Below, piece by piece: positions 17,544 through 27,280 of a DNA stretch of 64,000 nt. The notes below the pieces were generated by a model. The model saw only the letters and a list, made by a program, of their open reading frames with translations, was not told where the DNA came from and did no database searches. The stretch lies in sequence record SRR22947725_670; one strand, given 5' to 3'. Made by a program: the position numbers and the translations under genes. Numbering within the stretch: position 1 is the stretch's first letter; each line of letters opens with the position of its first letter.

Positions 17544-18329
17544 TCAGGCTGTCCCCTTCTTCACGCGAGCACTCAAACGCTGTGCTGCCAGCGCAGAAGC
17601 CCAAGCAACAGGCCAATGCCACAGAGGTGACGCCCACCTTAACCAGGCCGGTAGATAACTCTTCTTGATCGCCATTGCCTCCCTGGAAGAAGCCTGTCGA
17701 TCGGCAACGGTAATCGAATCTGGGTGCCAGCGAAATCGTGCAGTGACAGCGGGGATAGGGAGAAAGGATCCCAATTTTCGTAAACGTAGGAAGAGATCGA
17801 GGTCAAGGGCGTAGGAATATCCTGGAGTAAAACCACCGGCTCGCACAATCGCATCGCGTCGGACAACCGTTCCAGGGTGCGGAATCAAATTTGGTCCCCA
17901 TGGCAAGAGAAACCGAGCAAGCTTTCCCGCACGATTGAGGGCTAAAGAATTTCCCCGGGCGTCCATATAGTCACAATGGCCGTATGCCACGACCGCGTGA
18001 GAGTCGTCATCGAGCGCCGCGACCGCACGGGAGATGCCCTCACCCACTAAGAAATCGTCGTCCCCCAACCACACGTAATAGGGATGGTCCCCGCCGGCTT
18101 TGAGCGCTGCATTTATAGCCTCCGCCATTCCCGCTCCGGGATCGTCCACGATGGTTGCACCGGAGGCGACGCCTAGCGCCCTAGCTCCTGTAGCGGAAGC
18201 GGGCGCCACCAGATACACGGTTGCCGAATGAGCACCCACCAAGGTGTCGCAAGAGGCAAGCGCTAACTCGAGGGTTTCTGTGCGATGGCCCAGGGTGGGA
18301 AGCACAATCATGACGCTGGGGGCAGACAT
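17544..18329 (-). CDS. GT2 glycosyltransferase
   Basis: YYVWLGDDD, HPGTVVRR, YALDLDLFLRL and FRWHPDS motifs. Confidence 0.85.
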   Translation of the reverse strand: MSAPSVMIVLPTLGHRTETLELALASCDTLVGAHSATVYLVAPASATGARALGVASGATIVDDPGAGMAEAINAALKAGGDHPYYVWLGDDDFLVGEGISRAVAALDDDSHAVVAYGHCDYMDARGNSLALNRAGKLARFLLPWGPNLIPHPGTVVRRDAIVRAGGFTPGYSYALDLDLFLRLRKLGSFLPIPAVTARFRWHPDSITVADRQASSREAMAIKKSYLPAWLRWASPLWHWPVAWASALAAQRLSARVKKGTA

Positions 18330-18389
18330 AGAGCTCCTTTCCTTGGTTCGAGCTTTAGGCTAGTGATTGTTCACTCACGCTAGGACACC

Positions 18390-19334
18390 ATGAAGCTTAC
18401 GGACAAGGTCTACATCGCTGGGCATCGCGGCCTCGCCGGTTCCGCTATTTGGCGCCATCTCGAAAAAGCCGGGTACAGCAACCTCATCGGTTTTACCTCA
18501 TCCGAGCTTGATCTCACAGACCGCTCACGAACTCTCTCGGTCCTCACAGACATATCGCCAGACGTCGTTATTGATGCCGCTGCCAAGGTGGGAGGCATCC
18601 ATGCCAACAACACGTATCCAGCTGACTTCCTGAGTGACAATTTGCAAATCCAGGTCAATCTGATGGATGCAGCCCACCAGGCAGGTGTTGATCGATTGCT
18701 TTTTTTGGGTTCATCCTGCATCTATCCCAAGTTTGCCCCTCAGCCCATTAAAGAATCAGCCCTGCTCAAAGGGGCCCTCGAAGAAACCAACGAGGCCTAC
18801 GGAATTGCAAAGATCGCAGGAATTTTGCAAGTCCAGGCCATGCGTCGTCAACATCACCACCGATGGATATCGGCTATGCCCACCAACCTGTATGGTCCCA
18901 ACGACAATTACCACCCAGAAAACTCTCACGTCCTTGCGGCGCTAATTCGAAAATTCCATGAAGCTGTGACTTCTGGTGCTGACTCCGTAGAAATTTGGGG
19001 AACCGGGACGCCCCTTCGCGAATTTCTTCACGTGGATGATCTCGCTTCCGCTGTTGAGTTTTTGCTCCTCCATTACGACGAGCCAGAAACCATAAATATT
19101 GGGTCCGGGAGCGAAGTGACCATTCAAGAACTCGCAGAAACTATCGCTGAGGTTGTGGGCTTTACCGGCTCACTGCGCAACGACTTGGACAAGCCCGATG
19201 GAACCCCCCGGAAGATGTTGGATAGTTCCAGGCTTTCTGAAATAGGTTGGCGACCCTCGTGGGATCTTCGTGCAGGAATTGCCGATGCGTACCGGTGGTT
19301 CGTGGAAAACGAAGGTTCACTGCGCTCGGTTTAG
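18390..19334 (+). CDS. fcl: GDP-L-fucose synthase
   Basis: AGHRGLAGSA, AAAKVGGI, GSSCIYPK, YGIAK, PTNLYGP and KPDGTPRK motifs. Confidence 0.96.
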   Translation: MKLTDKVYIAGHRGLAGSAIWRHLEKAGYSNLIGFTSSELDLTDRSRTLSVLTDISPDVVIDAAAKVGGIHANNTYPADFLSDNLQIQVNLMDAAHQAGVDRLLFLGSSCIYPKFAPQPIKESALLKGALEETNEAYGIAKIAGILQVQAMRRQHHHRWISAMPTNLYGPNDNYHPENSHVLAALIRKFHEAVTSGADSVEIWGTGTPLREFLHVDDLASAVEFLLLHYDEPETINIGSGSEVTIQELAETIAEVVGFTGSLRNDLDKPDGTPRKMLDSSRLSEIGWRPSWDLRAGIADAYRWFVENEGSLRSV

Positions 19335-20497
19335 GGTTGTTGACCTTCAGGGCACACAATCCATAACGCGCCTTCGCCTTCAAACCGCATCGTTGCCTCT
19401 GAAGCGGTGACGAAATACACCTGGCCGGGGGTCACGTCTACGCTCGATTCTGCTCCACTTACTGTCCCCCGTGCACCGTCGGAAAAAACAATCGCGTGCG
19501 ATTCAAGGACAGATAGACTCCCCCCTTGCGAAAATTTATAGACCCTAAACCCAGCCGGGAAACCTGAATAAAGCAACGAATCACCGTGTTCTTGCGGGAC
19601 CACAAACGGCGGGGAAGAGCTTGGTTCCAAGCTCGCCACGGAAAGAAACTCGTCACGGTCAATATATTTCGTGGTGAGTCCCGCTCGAATCACATTGTCG
19701 CTCGGGAGCATCACCTCTAAACCCATCCCCTCGAGGTAGGCGTGAACCACACCGGCGTCCACAAAGAGCGCTTCGCCTTGTGCCAACGACACGTGGTGCA
19801 TGAGTAGACCGAAGAGGATCCCCGGATCACCGGGGTGCGCCGTAGCCAGGGTCGACATGACATGGTGCTCATCACACACTTCACCATTCATGGATGGGTC
19901 TAAATCCGCTAAAGACCAGGCGCTGAGTCCCGCAACGCACCCAGCCACATCGCTATCGCCGCTCAAGGCCCACTCGATCCCTTCGCGAAGAGGCAGATCG
20001 AGCAGCCTTTTCGCAGTGCGCAGAGCAAAAACATCAAGGCCCGCTTTTTCCCAGCGCACGAGACGCTCTGCAAGCATTTCCACTGTGATGAAACCGACGA
20101 GAGCCCTGAACTGAGGGGAGAGACAAATTATGAGTTCCGGCTTAGCCGACGGGTCTGAATAATTCCTCGTCTCAGAAACTTGTAAAGGGACTCGCTTTTC
20201 TTCTGCCGCGAATCCCTCTCTCGCTTGCTTGTCGCTCGGGTGAACTTGAATGGACAGTGGCTGAGTGGCAGCCAACAGCTTCGCCAGAAGCGGAAACTCA
20301 ATCCCCGTTTCGTCAAGCCACCCGCTGAAGCTAGTTTCGCGAGCACCCCGGGAAATTCTGGTGCCGCTCCGGGGATGGCCACCAAACCATTGCTCTGCTT
20401 CGATCGCGCTGGATACAACCTGGCCGCGAAAAGCAGAAATGGCCCCGATGGAACCCCATGCAAAGTCCTTCATGGGGGCTTCGAGAGGAGCAAACAT
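19331..20497 (-). CDS. manA: Mannose-6-phosphate isomerase, class I
   Basis: WGS, PLSIQVHP, KPEL, HAYLEG and SDNVIRAGLT motifs. Confidence 0.93.
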   Translation of the reverse strand: MFAPLEAPMKDFAWGSIGAISAFRGQVVSSAIEAEQWFGGHPRSGTRISRGARETSFSGWLDETGIEFPLLAKLLAATQPLSIQVHPSDKQAREGFAAEEKRVPLQVSETRNYSDPSAKPELIICLSPQFRALVGFITVEMLAERLVRWEKAGLDVFALRTAKRLLDLPLREGIEWALSGDSDVAGCVAGLSAWSLADLDPSMNGEVCDEHHVMSTLATAHPGDPGILFGLLMHHVSLAQGEALFVDAGVVHAYLEGMGLEVMLPSDNVIRAGLTTKYIDRDEFLSVASLEPSSSPPFVVPQEHGDSLLYSGFPAGFRVYKFSQGGSLSVLESHAIVFSDGARGTVSGAESSVDVTPGQVYFVTASEATMRFEGEGALWIVCPEGQQP

Positions 20498-20566
20498 ACC
20501 TTGAGCCTAATCGGCTCAATGGCTCGAGAGTGAGCGTGGTGGGTGCCTCTCTGCCACAATAAGCGA

Positions 20567-21274
20567 GTGAGGTCCGACTCTAAGCACTCCCCTGCCGCCG
20601 GGAAAAGTATGAAGTCCGTGTGGGTGGTTGTGCCTTTGTTTAACGAGGCCGAAGTGATTTCCGGTGTCGTCAAACAATTGAAATCAGAGTTTTCCCACGT
20701 TGTTTGCGTCGACGATGGCAGCAGCGACAACAGCGCGGCCGTGGCAGAAAAAGCTGGCGCCCGGGTATTACGTCACCCCCTTAATCTTGGTCAAGGAGCT
20801 GCTCTTCAAACAGGTTTTGATTTCGTATCCAGCCAGCACGGCGCCAGCCACGTCGTCACGTTTGATGCGGACGGGCAGCACCGAGTAAAAGATGCCGTGG
20901 AGATGGTCGAACTTGCACAGCGCAAAAGAATCTCGGTGATTTATGGGTCCCGTTTTCTCGACAAGCGGACACAGCCAGGTGTCAAAAAGCGGGTTGTTTT
21001 GAAGGTAGCTGCGCTGATGACTCGGGCCATAACGGGTCTGCGCCTGACCGATGCCCATAACGGGCTTCGTGTGTTGAGCATGGAAGCCATCGGCAAAGTT
21101 CAGCTCGAGCAGAACGGCATGTCCCATGCCAGTGAGATTGTTCACCAGCTGGCCAAGTCCAAATTGTCGTGGAAGGAATACCCGGTAGAAGTTCTCTACA
21201 CCGATTACTCCAAACAAAAAGGCCAATCACTTCTCAACTCGATCAACATCCTTATCGACCTTTTAGTGAGGTAG
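20567..21274 (+). CDS. DPM-synthase-like GT2 (polyprenyl-phosphate glycosyltransferase; GacI/PpgS-like)
   Basis: VVPLFNEA, VDDGSSD, NLGQGAALQTG, TFDADGQH and TDAHNGLR motifs; followed by DUF2304. Start is GTG 20567 (CACAAT 6 nt upstream) or ATG 20609. Confidence 0.88.
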   Translation: MRSDSKHSPAAGKSMKSVWVVVPLFNEAEVISGVVKQLKSEFSHVVCVDDGSSDNSAAVAEKAGARVLRHPLNLGQGAALQTGFDFVSSQHGASHVVTFDADGQHRVKDAVEMVELAQRKRISVIYGSRFLDKRTQPGVKKRVVLKVAALMTRAITGLRLTDAHNGLRVLSMEAIGKVQLEQNGMSHASEIVHQLAKSKLSWKEYPVEVLYTDYSKQKGQSLLNSINILIDLLVR

Positions 21275-21283
21275 GAACAAAAC

Positions 21284-21637
21284 ATGCTTAGTCAATGGGT
21301 TCTTGTAGCAGCACTCCTGCTCGTTGGTCTTTACCTCTTGAAAGCCAAGCGCTCCGCCAACCAACAAGCCATTAGGCGGCTATTTATCGTCGTGGGGCTT
21401 ATCGCCGGGTTCATCGCCGTGCTCTTCCCCGAATACACCAACATAATCGCTGGGTTTCTGGGGATCGGGCGAGGTGCTGACCTCTTGCTGTATAGCTTCG
21501 TTGTGTTCGCACTGTTTTACGCGGTCTACCAATACCGCAGACAGCTGTGGCAAGAAAAAGTCACCACCGATCTTGCCCGCGCGCTTACCCTGACGCGAGC
21601 GCAGCTGGATGAGCTTAGACGCTCGCGAAAAGACTAA
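21284..21637 (+). CDS. DUF2304 small membrane protein (GacJ/Rv3632-like)
   Basis: 117 aa with three TM segments, a LGIGRGADLLLY motif and a C-terminal T.LAR.L helix. Confidence 0.85.
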   Translation: MLSQWVLVAALLLVGLYLLKAKRSANQQAIRRLFIVVGLIAGFIAVLFPEYTNIIAGFLGIGRGADLLLYSFVVFALFYAVYQYRRQLWQEKVTTDLARALTLTRAQLDELRRSRKD

Positions 21638-23667
21638 GAAAGTCGGACGAGCGTTCCCACTCCGATCTCGGCTCCGCTTTTCAGCGAGGCATTCAAGGAA
21701 AGCACTGTTGCCAAGGCAACTGACCGGCGTTCAGCAATGCGCTCAGGCGTGTCGCCAGATTGCGCGCGGTGATAGGTCATCGTCTGCGTTGTTGTGCCGA
21801 CTATCAACTTCTGGCCTTGATAAATGCGGTTGCGATTCGAAATGGAATTATCCGCCACCAGTTTTGACACCGTCGTTGTGTTCCTAAAGGCAATTCGAAT
21901 CAACGTGTCGCCGCGGGCGACAGTGTAGGACACAGCGTTTGTTGACGTCTCGGTCACAACAGGTTCCAGGGCGGGGAGGTCCTCTTGGGAGTCGCTCGAA
22001 CTGTCCTCAGCGGGGGCCTCAGGCTCGCTCCCGGGTTCATCAACCACCTCGGGTGCTGATTCTGAATCAGCTGGCGAATCCTCCGCCGGTTCCGCTGGCG
22101 TATCCGACTCTTCAGGGGCGCTCTCGTCTGCGGACCGCCCCGCGGAGATGACAATCGAGGGATCCAGGCGGACAGGCGAATCAAAAGTTTTCACCACACC
22201 GCGTTTGGTCATCGTTAAGGTTTGCCCGACCCGGATCAGCGAGCCCCCTCTGGGGAGATTGTTCTCCGACACCACAGAACTGACGCTGACACCGTTAGCC
22301 CTGGATATCCGCCACACAGTGTCGCCGGAGGCGACGGTGTGTCGGGTGATCACGTCTTGCACGACTTCCGTTGTCGGCACGACCAACGGTGACCATTCCG
22401 AACCATCGCTGGATTCATAGGCCTTACCGTCTGTGAGGAGTACCGCAAGGTTCCCCGCAGAAGATTGGCCAAATTGCGTGACAGGATTGGACGCTGTTAT
22501 CCCCGGGAGCACACCGACGCGCTGCCACGAAACCAGCGTCGTCGATGTTGCGATTGTTCCCTCGCGATCCACAACGGTGGTGACACCATCGCGAGTGGTG
22601 GCCCATGTTCCGAAATCTTTTGTCGGATTGAACCAGTAGTTATAGACCCGCCAGAAATTGCGGTTTCCATACGCAGAGCAGGAGTCTCCGGTCGAAGCCA
22701 GGTTGGTCATGGCAATCGCATTGGGTGTGTACGGGGTGTAGTAGTACAGACCAGCGGTGGCCTGGTTGCGGATAACTACCGGCGTTGTGCCACACGATGC
22801 TTTGGGATGGTAGCGAACAGGAGCCTGGTTCCCAACCGGGAACCAGGTAAAGAACCGGCTCGTCCCTGGCGGGTTGGAATAGCGTTTGAATTGTTTAGCG
22901 GCGTTATAGACCTGGTTGTAAAAGCCGTAGTAGCGCTCATCACAGGGTGCGGTGTCCGGGCAGGCATAGCCAGTTGCTCGCTCAAACCGTGTAGCAGAGG
23001 GCGCACTCAAAGTGACTAACGACTGTTCCTTTTGAATCAGGACCAACAACGCTTCTGCGGAAACACCGCAAGCCGTTGAAACTTTTTTGATTATCTGGGC
23101 AGCGGTTTCGTTTTCTCCGCCTTCATACGCCTGGCACAGAACCGTCTTGTCTCGCGAGAACGTGGTCTCGGTGTAGTCCTTCATACACACGAAATCCTCG
23201 CGACAGTCAGGATTTCGTTGGTTAAGAAACGCTTGAATCTGGTCAACACTCATCGAGCCAGATCGGAAAAATTCGTCATCAGCGATGATATTTCCCGGGT
23301 CAAAGGCAGAGCCCAAGGGCAACATAAACCTGGTCCACGTTTTTCCATCACTACTGCGGGCCCCCTCGAAATACGAGGTGGCCAAGAAAGCACTTCCACT
23401 CCAAATAAGGGAACTCACTCCGCTCTTGGTGAGTGAAAGATTTCCGGCGCTCCAGGTGGAACCACTGTCCTCTGACCAGTAAAGGTTCCCTGCTGCGTCA
23501 GATCCTGCCCACAGCGATCCGTTCGTTGCGGCCTGGGTGATGACCGGGGCCGCCGCTTCGTCCACCGCGAACGCAGGGGTGGGTCCAGAAACAGGTGCAA
23601 TAACACCCGCGGAAATCACCGCGCCCAAAGCCAGGGCAGACAGCGCAAGATTCAACCAATACTTCAC
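21634..23667 (-). CDS. Secreted LysM protein with Asp-box repeats, an inserted Cys-rich lysozyme-like domain and three LysM domains
   Basis: Signal peptide; SxDxGxTW-like repeats; FDPGNII...LIQKEQSLV...YGNRNFW domain; LysM motifs HTVASGDT, YTVARGDTL and HRAQSGDT; acidic linker. Confidence 0.8.
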   Translation of the reverse strand: MKYWLNLALSALALGAVISAGVIAPVSGPTPAFAVDEAAAPVITQAATNGSLWAGSDAAGNLYWSEDSGSTWSAGNLSLTKSGVSSLIWSGSAFLATSYFEGARSSDGKTWTRFMLPLGSAFDPGNIIADDEFFRSGSMSVDQIQAFLNQRNPDCREDFVCMKDYTETTFSRDKTVLCQAYEGGENETAAQIIKKVSTACGVSAEALLVLIQKEQSLVTLSAPSATRFERATGYACPDTAPCDERYYGFYNQVYNAAKQFKRYSNPPGTSRFFTWFPVGNQAPVRYHPKASCGTTPVVIRNQATAGLYYYTPYTPNAIAMTNLASTGDSCSAYGNRNFWRVYNYWFNPTKDFGTWATTRDGVTTVVDREGTIATSTTLVSWQRVGVLPGITASNPVTQFGQSSAGNLAVLLTDGKAYESSDGSEWSPLVVPTTEVVQDVITRHTVASGDTVWRISRANGVSVSSVVSENNLPRGGSLIRVGQTLTMTKRGVVKTFDSPVRLDPSIVISAGRSADESAPEESDTPAEPAEDSPADSESAPEVVDEPGSEPEAPAEDSSSDSQEDLPALEPVVTETSTNAVSYTVARGDTLIRIAFRNTTTVSKLVADNSISNRNRIYQGQKLIVGTTTQTMTYHRAQSGDTPERIAERRSVALATVLSLNASLKSGAEIGVGTLVRLS

Positions 23668-23733
23668 ATCTGTCAGGTTAGGCAGAAGGGCGCCACTCGC
23701 CTGTATTTCCCTGCTGTGTGTTGCGAAAGGGTA

Positions 23734-24723
23734 TTAGTCACGCAGGGAGACATCGCGCACCATGTCGAGGACACCTCGCGAATATTTCGCGTAGCTTCCC
23801 GCCAGGCCGCGCAGTATCACAGGGACAATTCGCCTTATCCGGAGGGCTGGAAGAGCCTGTCGCCAGCGGTCGTGCCGGGTCTTTCCGGCCAACAGTGTTA
23901 GGCCCTCGCCAGTCAGCCAGCGAGGCGGGTGATCGACAACGTTCTGCAGGGCTTCGTTTCGCCGAGCTTTTTTGGCGAAGAATGACTGGCGGGTTTCTTG
24001 CAGGCGGGATTGAGCCATAGCCACGCCTGTTTTGTTGGCGCCAATCTGGTTATTACCGTGCTGGCGATAATCAATGAGTGCGCGAGCGTTGAAGGCAAGG
24101 CCACCGCGAAGCGCGGCAATAAGGCCTAACCATTCATCGTGAACCCAGCCCTTGGGCAGGGGTAGCGCATCGTCGAGGAGTTCTTTCCGGAGAACGACGG
24201 TCGCCCCGGTGACCAGGTTACGTCTCAGGAGTGCTTTGATGGCGAAACCACGGGCAAGATTATTTGTTTCCCCGCGCGTTATACGAAGAGTGGACATAAG
24301 CGAAGCTCCAGGGACTCCCTCCGCATCGATAAGCCGGGCATCGGAATGAACGAGCAGGAGGGAAGGGTTCTCAGAAAGTTGCTGGGACATGACCTCCAGC
24401 TTGTCGGCGGCCCACACATCGTCTTGATCCGATAGGGCAATAAAGTCACCGGTGGCTAGTGGAAGAGCGGAGCCAAAATTCTCAGCTGCCCCCAAGGGAG
24501 CAGCCCTTGTTCGAATGTCCCACCGAATTTCCTTAGGCGATGCATGTGCGATGCCCTCGACACGTTCGAGGGTGGAATCGTTGGACCCATCATCCGACAC
24601 GATGATTTCTGTGGGCGTGAGGGTTTGGTTCAGGATGCTCTGGAGCTGAGCTTCAATGAATGTTTCACCGTTGTATGTGCAGAGGACCACAGATATCGCT
24701 GAAGGCGCGCTTTCTACATCCAC
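23734..24723 (-). CDS. GT2 glycosyltransferase, RgpB/GacC-like putative rhamnosyltransferase
   Basis: LCTYNGETFI, SDDGS, SDQDDVW, HDEWL and YRQHGNNQIG motifs. Confidence 0.85.
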   Translation of the reverse strand: MDVESAPSAISVVLCTYNGETFIEAQLQSILNQTLTPTEIIVSDDGSNDSTLERVEGIAHASPKEIRWDIRTRAAPLGAAENFGSALPLATGDFIALSDQDDVWAADKLEVMSQQLSENPSLLLVHSDARLIDAEGVPGASLMSTLRITRGETNNLARGFAIKALLRRNLVTGATVVLRKELLDDALPLPKGWVHDEWLGLIAALRGGLAFNARALIDYRQHGNNQIGANKTGVAMAQSRLQETRQSFFAKKARRNEALQNVVDHPPRWLTGEGLTLLAGKTRHDRWRQALPALRIRRIVPVILRGLAGSYAKYSRGVLDMVRDVSLRD

Positions 24724-24727
24724 CGAC

Positions 24728-27193
24728 TTAACCCTTGCGGAATAGTTTGCGGCGCACGGCTCGAAGAAGCGAGCGAAACTCTCCGCGAAACAGGCGGGAA
24801 AACCCTCGACCTATGTCGTGAACACTAAACCTCGGTGCTCGCTTTCTGGCGGGCGAATAGCGGATGCGGCTGGCCTTTGCGGGAATAGTTCCCCCGGCAA
24901 GACCTTCAACATGGGAAACCAGTGGCTTCAATACCTCTGACCAGCGGTAACTCTCGCGCACAACGGCCAGAGCCTGGGTGGCAGAAGATCGAAACTCTGT
25001 GTCAAAGAGTGCTTTTTCTAGAGCATCAGCGAGCGCCGGGGTATCGGCGGCGGGAACCGTAATGCCGAGTCCGTGTTTTTCGACAAGGTCAGCGAAGTGG
25101 TCTCCCTCGGTTACGACCATGGGCAAAGAGGCCCAAAGATAATCCAGGATTCTCGTTCTGAACGAAAACGTCGTCTCGATGTGGGAGCGATGGGTGCTGA
25201 CCCCGATGTCCGCTTCGAGCAAATAGTTCTGGCGCTCGTCATAGTCAACCCATGAATCGTTGAAGAAAACATGGGTGCCAGAGACGCCGAGTTCCGCAGC
25301 AAGCTCACGAGCCTTTTTGATGACGGGCATTTCCGGGACTCCCGGATGCGGGTGAGCCGTTCCCATGAAAAACAACTTAACACCGGGTCGGCTCTCGGCC
25401 AGCTGGGCCACCGCTTGAATCAGAGTGAGGGGGTCAAACCAGTCATAAATTCCCCCGCTCCAGACCACAACGGAATCATCCTTTGTGATCCCTGGGACAA
25501 CACCTTTGAGGACCTTTTTCCTGTGAGCGGGAGGAGTGTCAGGGAGCCCAAAAGGGACGACGCCAATGAGTTTCTCCAGGTGCGGATCATCCCCATAGAC
25601 ACCCGGATTAACGCGGCGAAGGGTGGTCAGCTGACCTAAGTAAAAGTGGCGTTGGCGCTCAGAAGCGCAGAGGAAATAATCCCCCACTTCAAGCTGGTGC
25701 TGGATGGTGTCGGTCGCATCCGATACCTGTTTCTCCCACTGTGTCGCCGGCAAATGCCTCGCTTGTTCGAGTTGTTCCAGGTGCATAGGGTCATAGATGT
25801 CAGCAATGAGGTGCTTGGTGCTTGAGCGGAGAGAAGAAAAGACCTCCAACGCGTGGCCCTGGAAGATGATGACGTCTGCCCATTTTTCCCAACCCGCAAA
25901 TGCTTTGTCGTCACCGGCATCGACATGCACCAGTCGAACATCAGCGCTCAAGGCCTCGTCAACATCGCTCATGCTCAGTAACGTCACATCGTTTGTCTGC
26001 GCCAAAGCGTGAGCCATATGCCAAGCCCTAATTCCTGGACCGGAGAGTTTTTTTCCAATCGGGTCACCCGTAATAATCAGGACGGCTAGGGCCTCAGGGT
26101 CAGCAGTCACTCCAAAAGCCTCCGCGATAGCGTCATAACCTCGAAGATATCTTGCATCATTCGACATCGCGGCATTGGTTTCTCCAAAGAGCTTCCAGAG
26201 CGCTACGTCTGATCGCGTCCTCGAGCTCTGAATTTCTTGGCGCTTGTGGATCAGCTCTGGCAATGCGTCCACGAACTGATCCATGGCAAAGAGTGGAACT
26301 GCAGCTCCCGGTGGCATTGCCAAGGAGTCAACATTTTCCCCACCCCTGGAGAGGTCAAAGGTGGTGGTGTCTCTTCCGCTGCCCACGACAGATCGCTTAA
26401 CTGAGGCGAGAAGAGCCCCCGGCAACATCCGTGCAAGGTTGGCGTCATCCAGGTTCTTATACAGGCAATACAAAGCGTTTCGCTCGAGTAAGAACTGCTC
26501 TCGGTAGGGCGCCACGCCTCCCATGGACCCGTGATACCGGTGATAGGCCAGCGATTCCGGTTGGTAAAGATAAGTCCACCCTGCAAGGTTAAGGCGCCAT
26601 CCAAAATCAACATCTTCAAAAAACATAAAAAACGATTCGTCAAATCCACCTAGTTGGTTGAAGACTTCCCGTCGAACAAACATCGCCGCTCCCGTGCCAA
26701 AGAGAACTGGTGCTGCTTTCTGAGCTTTTTTCTTACTGGTCTTATCACCCGTGAATGGCCGATATCCCATGCCATACCAGGTCAGACCGGAGCCCTGATA
26801 GTCAATTTTCTTGCCCTCCCAGTCCACCACCTGGCTTGCTACTGCCCCGACGGATTCGTGAGTGTCAAAACTCGCGAGCGCTGCACTCACCCAGAGGGAA
26901 TCGGGTTTGGCGTCACTGTTCAAGAAGGCCACAATGTCGCCGGTTGAGCGAGAAACACCGAGGTTGCATCCGCCGGCAAAACCAGAATTCGTTTCAGACT
27001 CAACCAAGACAAATTCGTGGGGTGAATCCTTGAGACGAGCCACGCTGTCATCCCCCGAAGCGTTATCTACCACCACGATTTCGAGATGTTCGGGGTATTC
27101 GGCCAATTCGCTCAGGGCTTCAATGGCGCTCAAAGTGTCGCTTACACCCCGATAATTCACGAGAACGACACTGGTCTTGGGGCTCTCCGCCAT
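24728..27193 (-). CDS. Bifunctional glycosyltransferase (N-terminal GT2 + C-terminal GT4-like)
   Basis: VDNASGD, FLNSD and GGFDESFFMFFEDVD, then SGPGIRAW, DIYDP, WSGGIYDWFDP and FSFRTRILDYLWASLP. Confidence 0.88.
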   Translation of the reverse strand: MAESPKTSVVLVNYRGVSDTLSAIEALSELAEYPEHLEIVVVDNASGDDSVARLKDSPHEFVLVESETNSGFAGGCNLGVSRSTGDIVAFLNSDAKPDSLWVSAALASFDTHESVGAVASQVVDWEGKKIDYQGSGLTWYGMGYRPFTGDKTSKKKAQKAAPVLFGTGAAMFVRREVFNQLGGFDESFFMFFEDVDFGWRLNLAGWTYLYQPESLAYHRYHGSMGGVAPYREQFLLERNALYCLYKNLDDANLARMLPGALLASVKRSVVGSGRDTTTFDLSRGGENVDSLAMPPGAAVPLFAMDQFVDALPELIHKRQEIQSSRTRSDVALWKLFGETNAAMSNDARYLRGYDAIAEAFGVTADPEALAVLIITGDPIGKKLSGPGIRAWHMAHALAQTNDVTLLSMSDVDEALSADVRLVHVDAGDDKAFAGWEKWADVIIFQGHALEVFSSLRSSTKHLIADIYDPMHLEQLEQARHLPATQWEKQVSDATDTIQHQLEVGDYFLCASERQRHFYLGQLTTLRRVNPGVYGDDPHLEKLIGVVPFGLPDTPPAHRKKVLKGVVPGITKDDSVVVWSGGIYDWFDPLTLIQAVAQLAESRPGVKLFFMGTAHPHPGVPEMPVIKKARELAAELGVSGTHVFFNDSWVDYDERQNYLLEADIGVSTHRSHIETTFSFRTRILDYLWASLPMVVTEGDHFADLVEKHGLGITVPAADTPALADALEKALFDTEFRSSATQALAVVRESYRWSEVLKPLVSHVEGLAGGTIPAKASRIRYSPARKRAPRFSVHDIGRGFSRLFRGEFRSLLRAVRRKLFRKG

Positions 27194-27204
27194 GAAAACT
27201 CCCC

Positions 27205-27251
27205 CTAGACCGTGAATGAAGGCAACCTGCCATAATTAGCCTACGGTCTAG
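27205..27251. promoter_or_regulatory. 9-bp inverted repeat flanking divergent -10-like hexamers
   Basis: CTAGACCGT (27205-27213) and ACGGTCTAG (27243-27251). CATAAT on + at 27231-27236 and TAGGCT on - at 27243-27238. Confidence 0.45.
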
Positions 27252-27280
27252 CTTGGACTTAAAAGACGAAGGGCCTCCCC

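Noticed and set aside
21940-22135. Possible tandem DNA repeat in the LysM gene linker
   Set aside because: Low-complexity acidic protein linker only; no exact nucleotide repeat unit seen.
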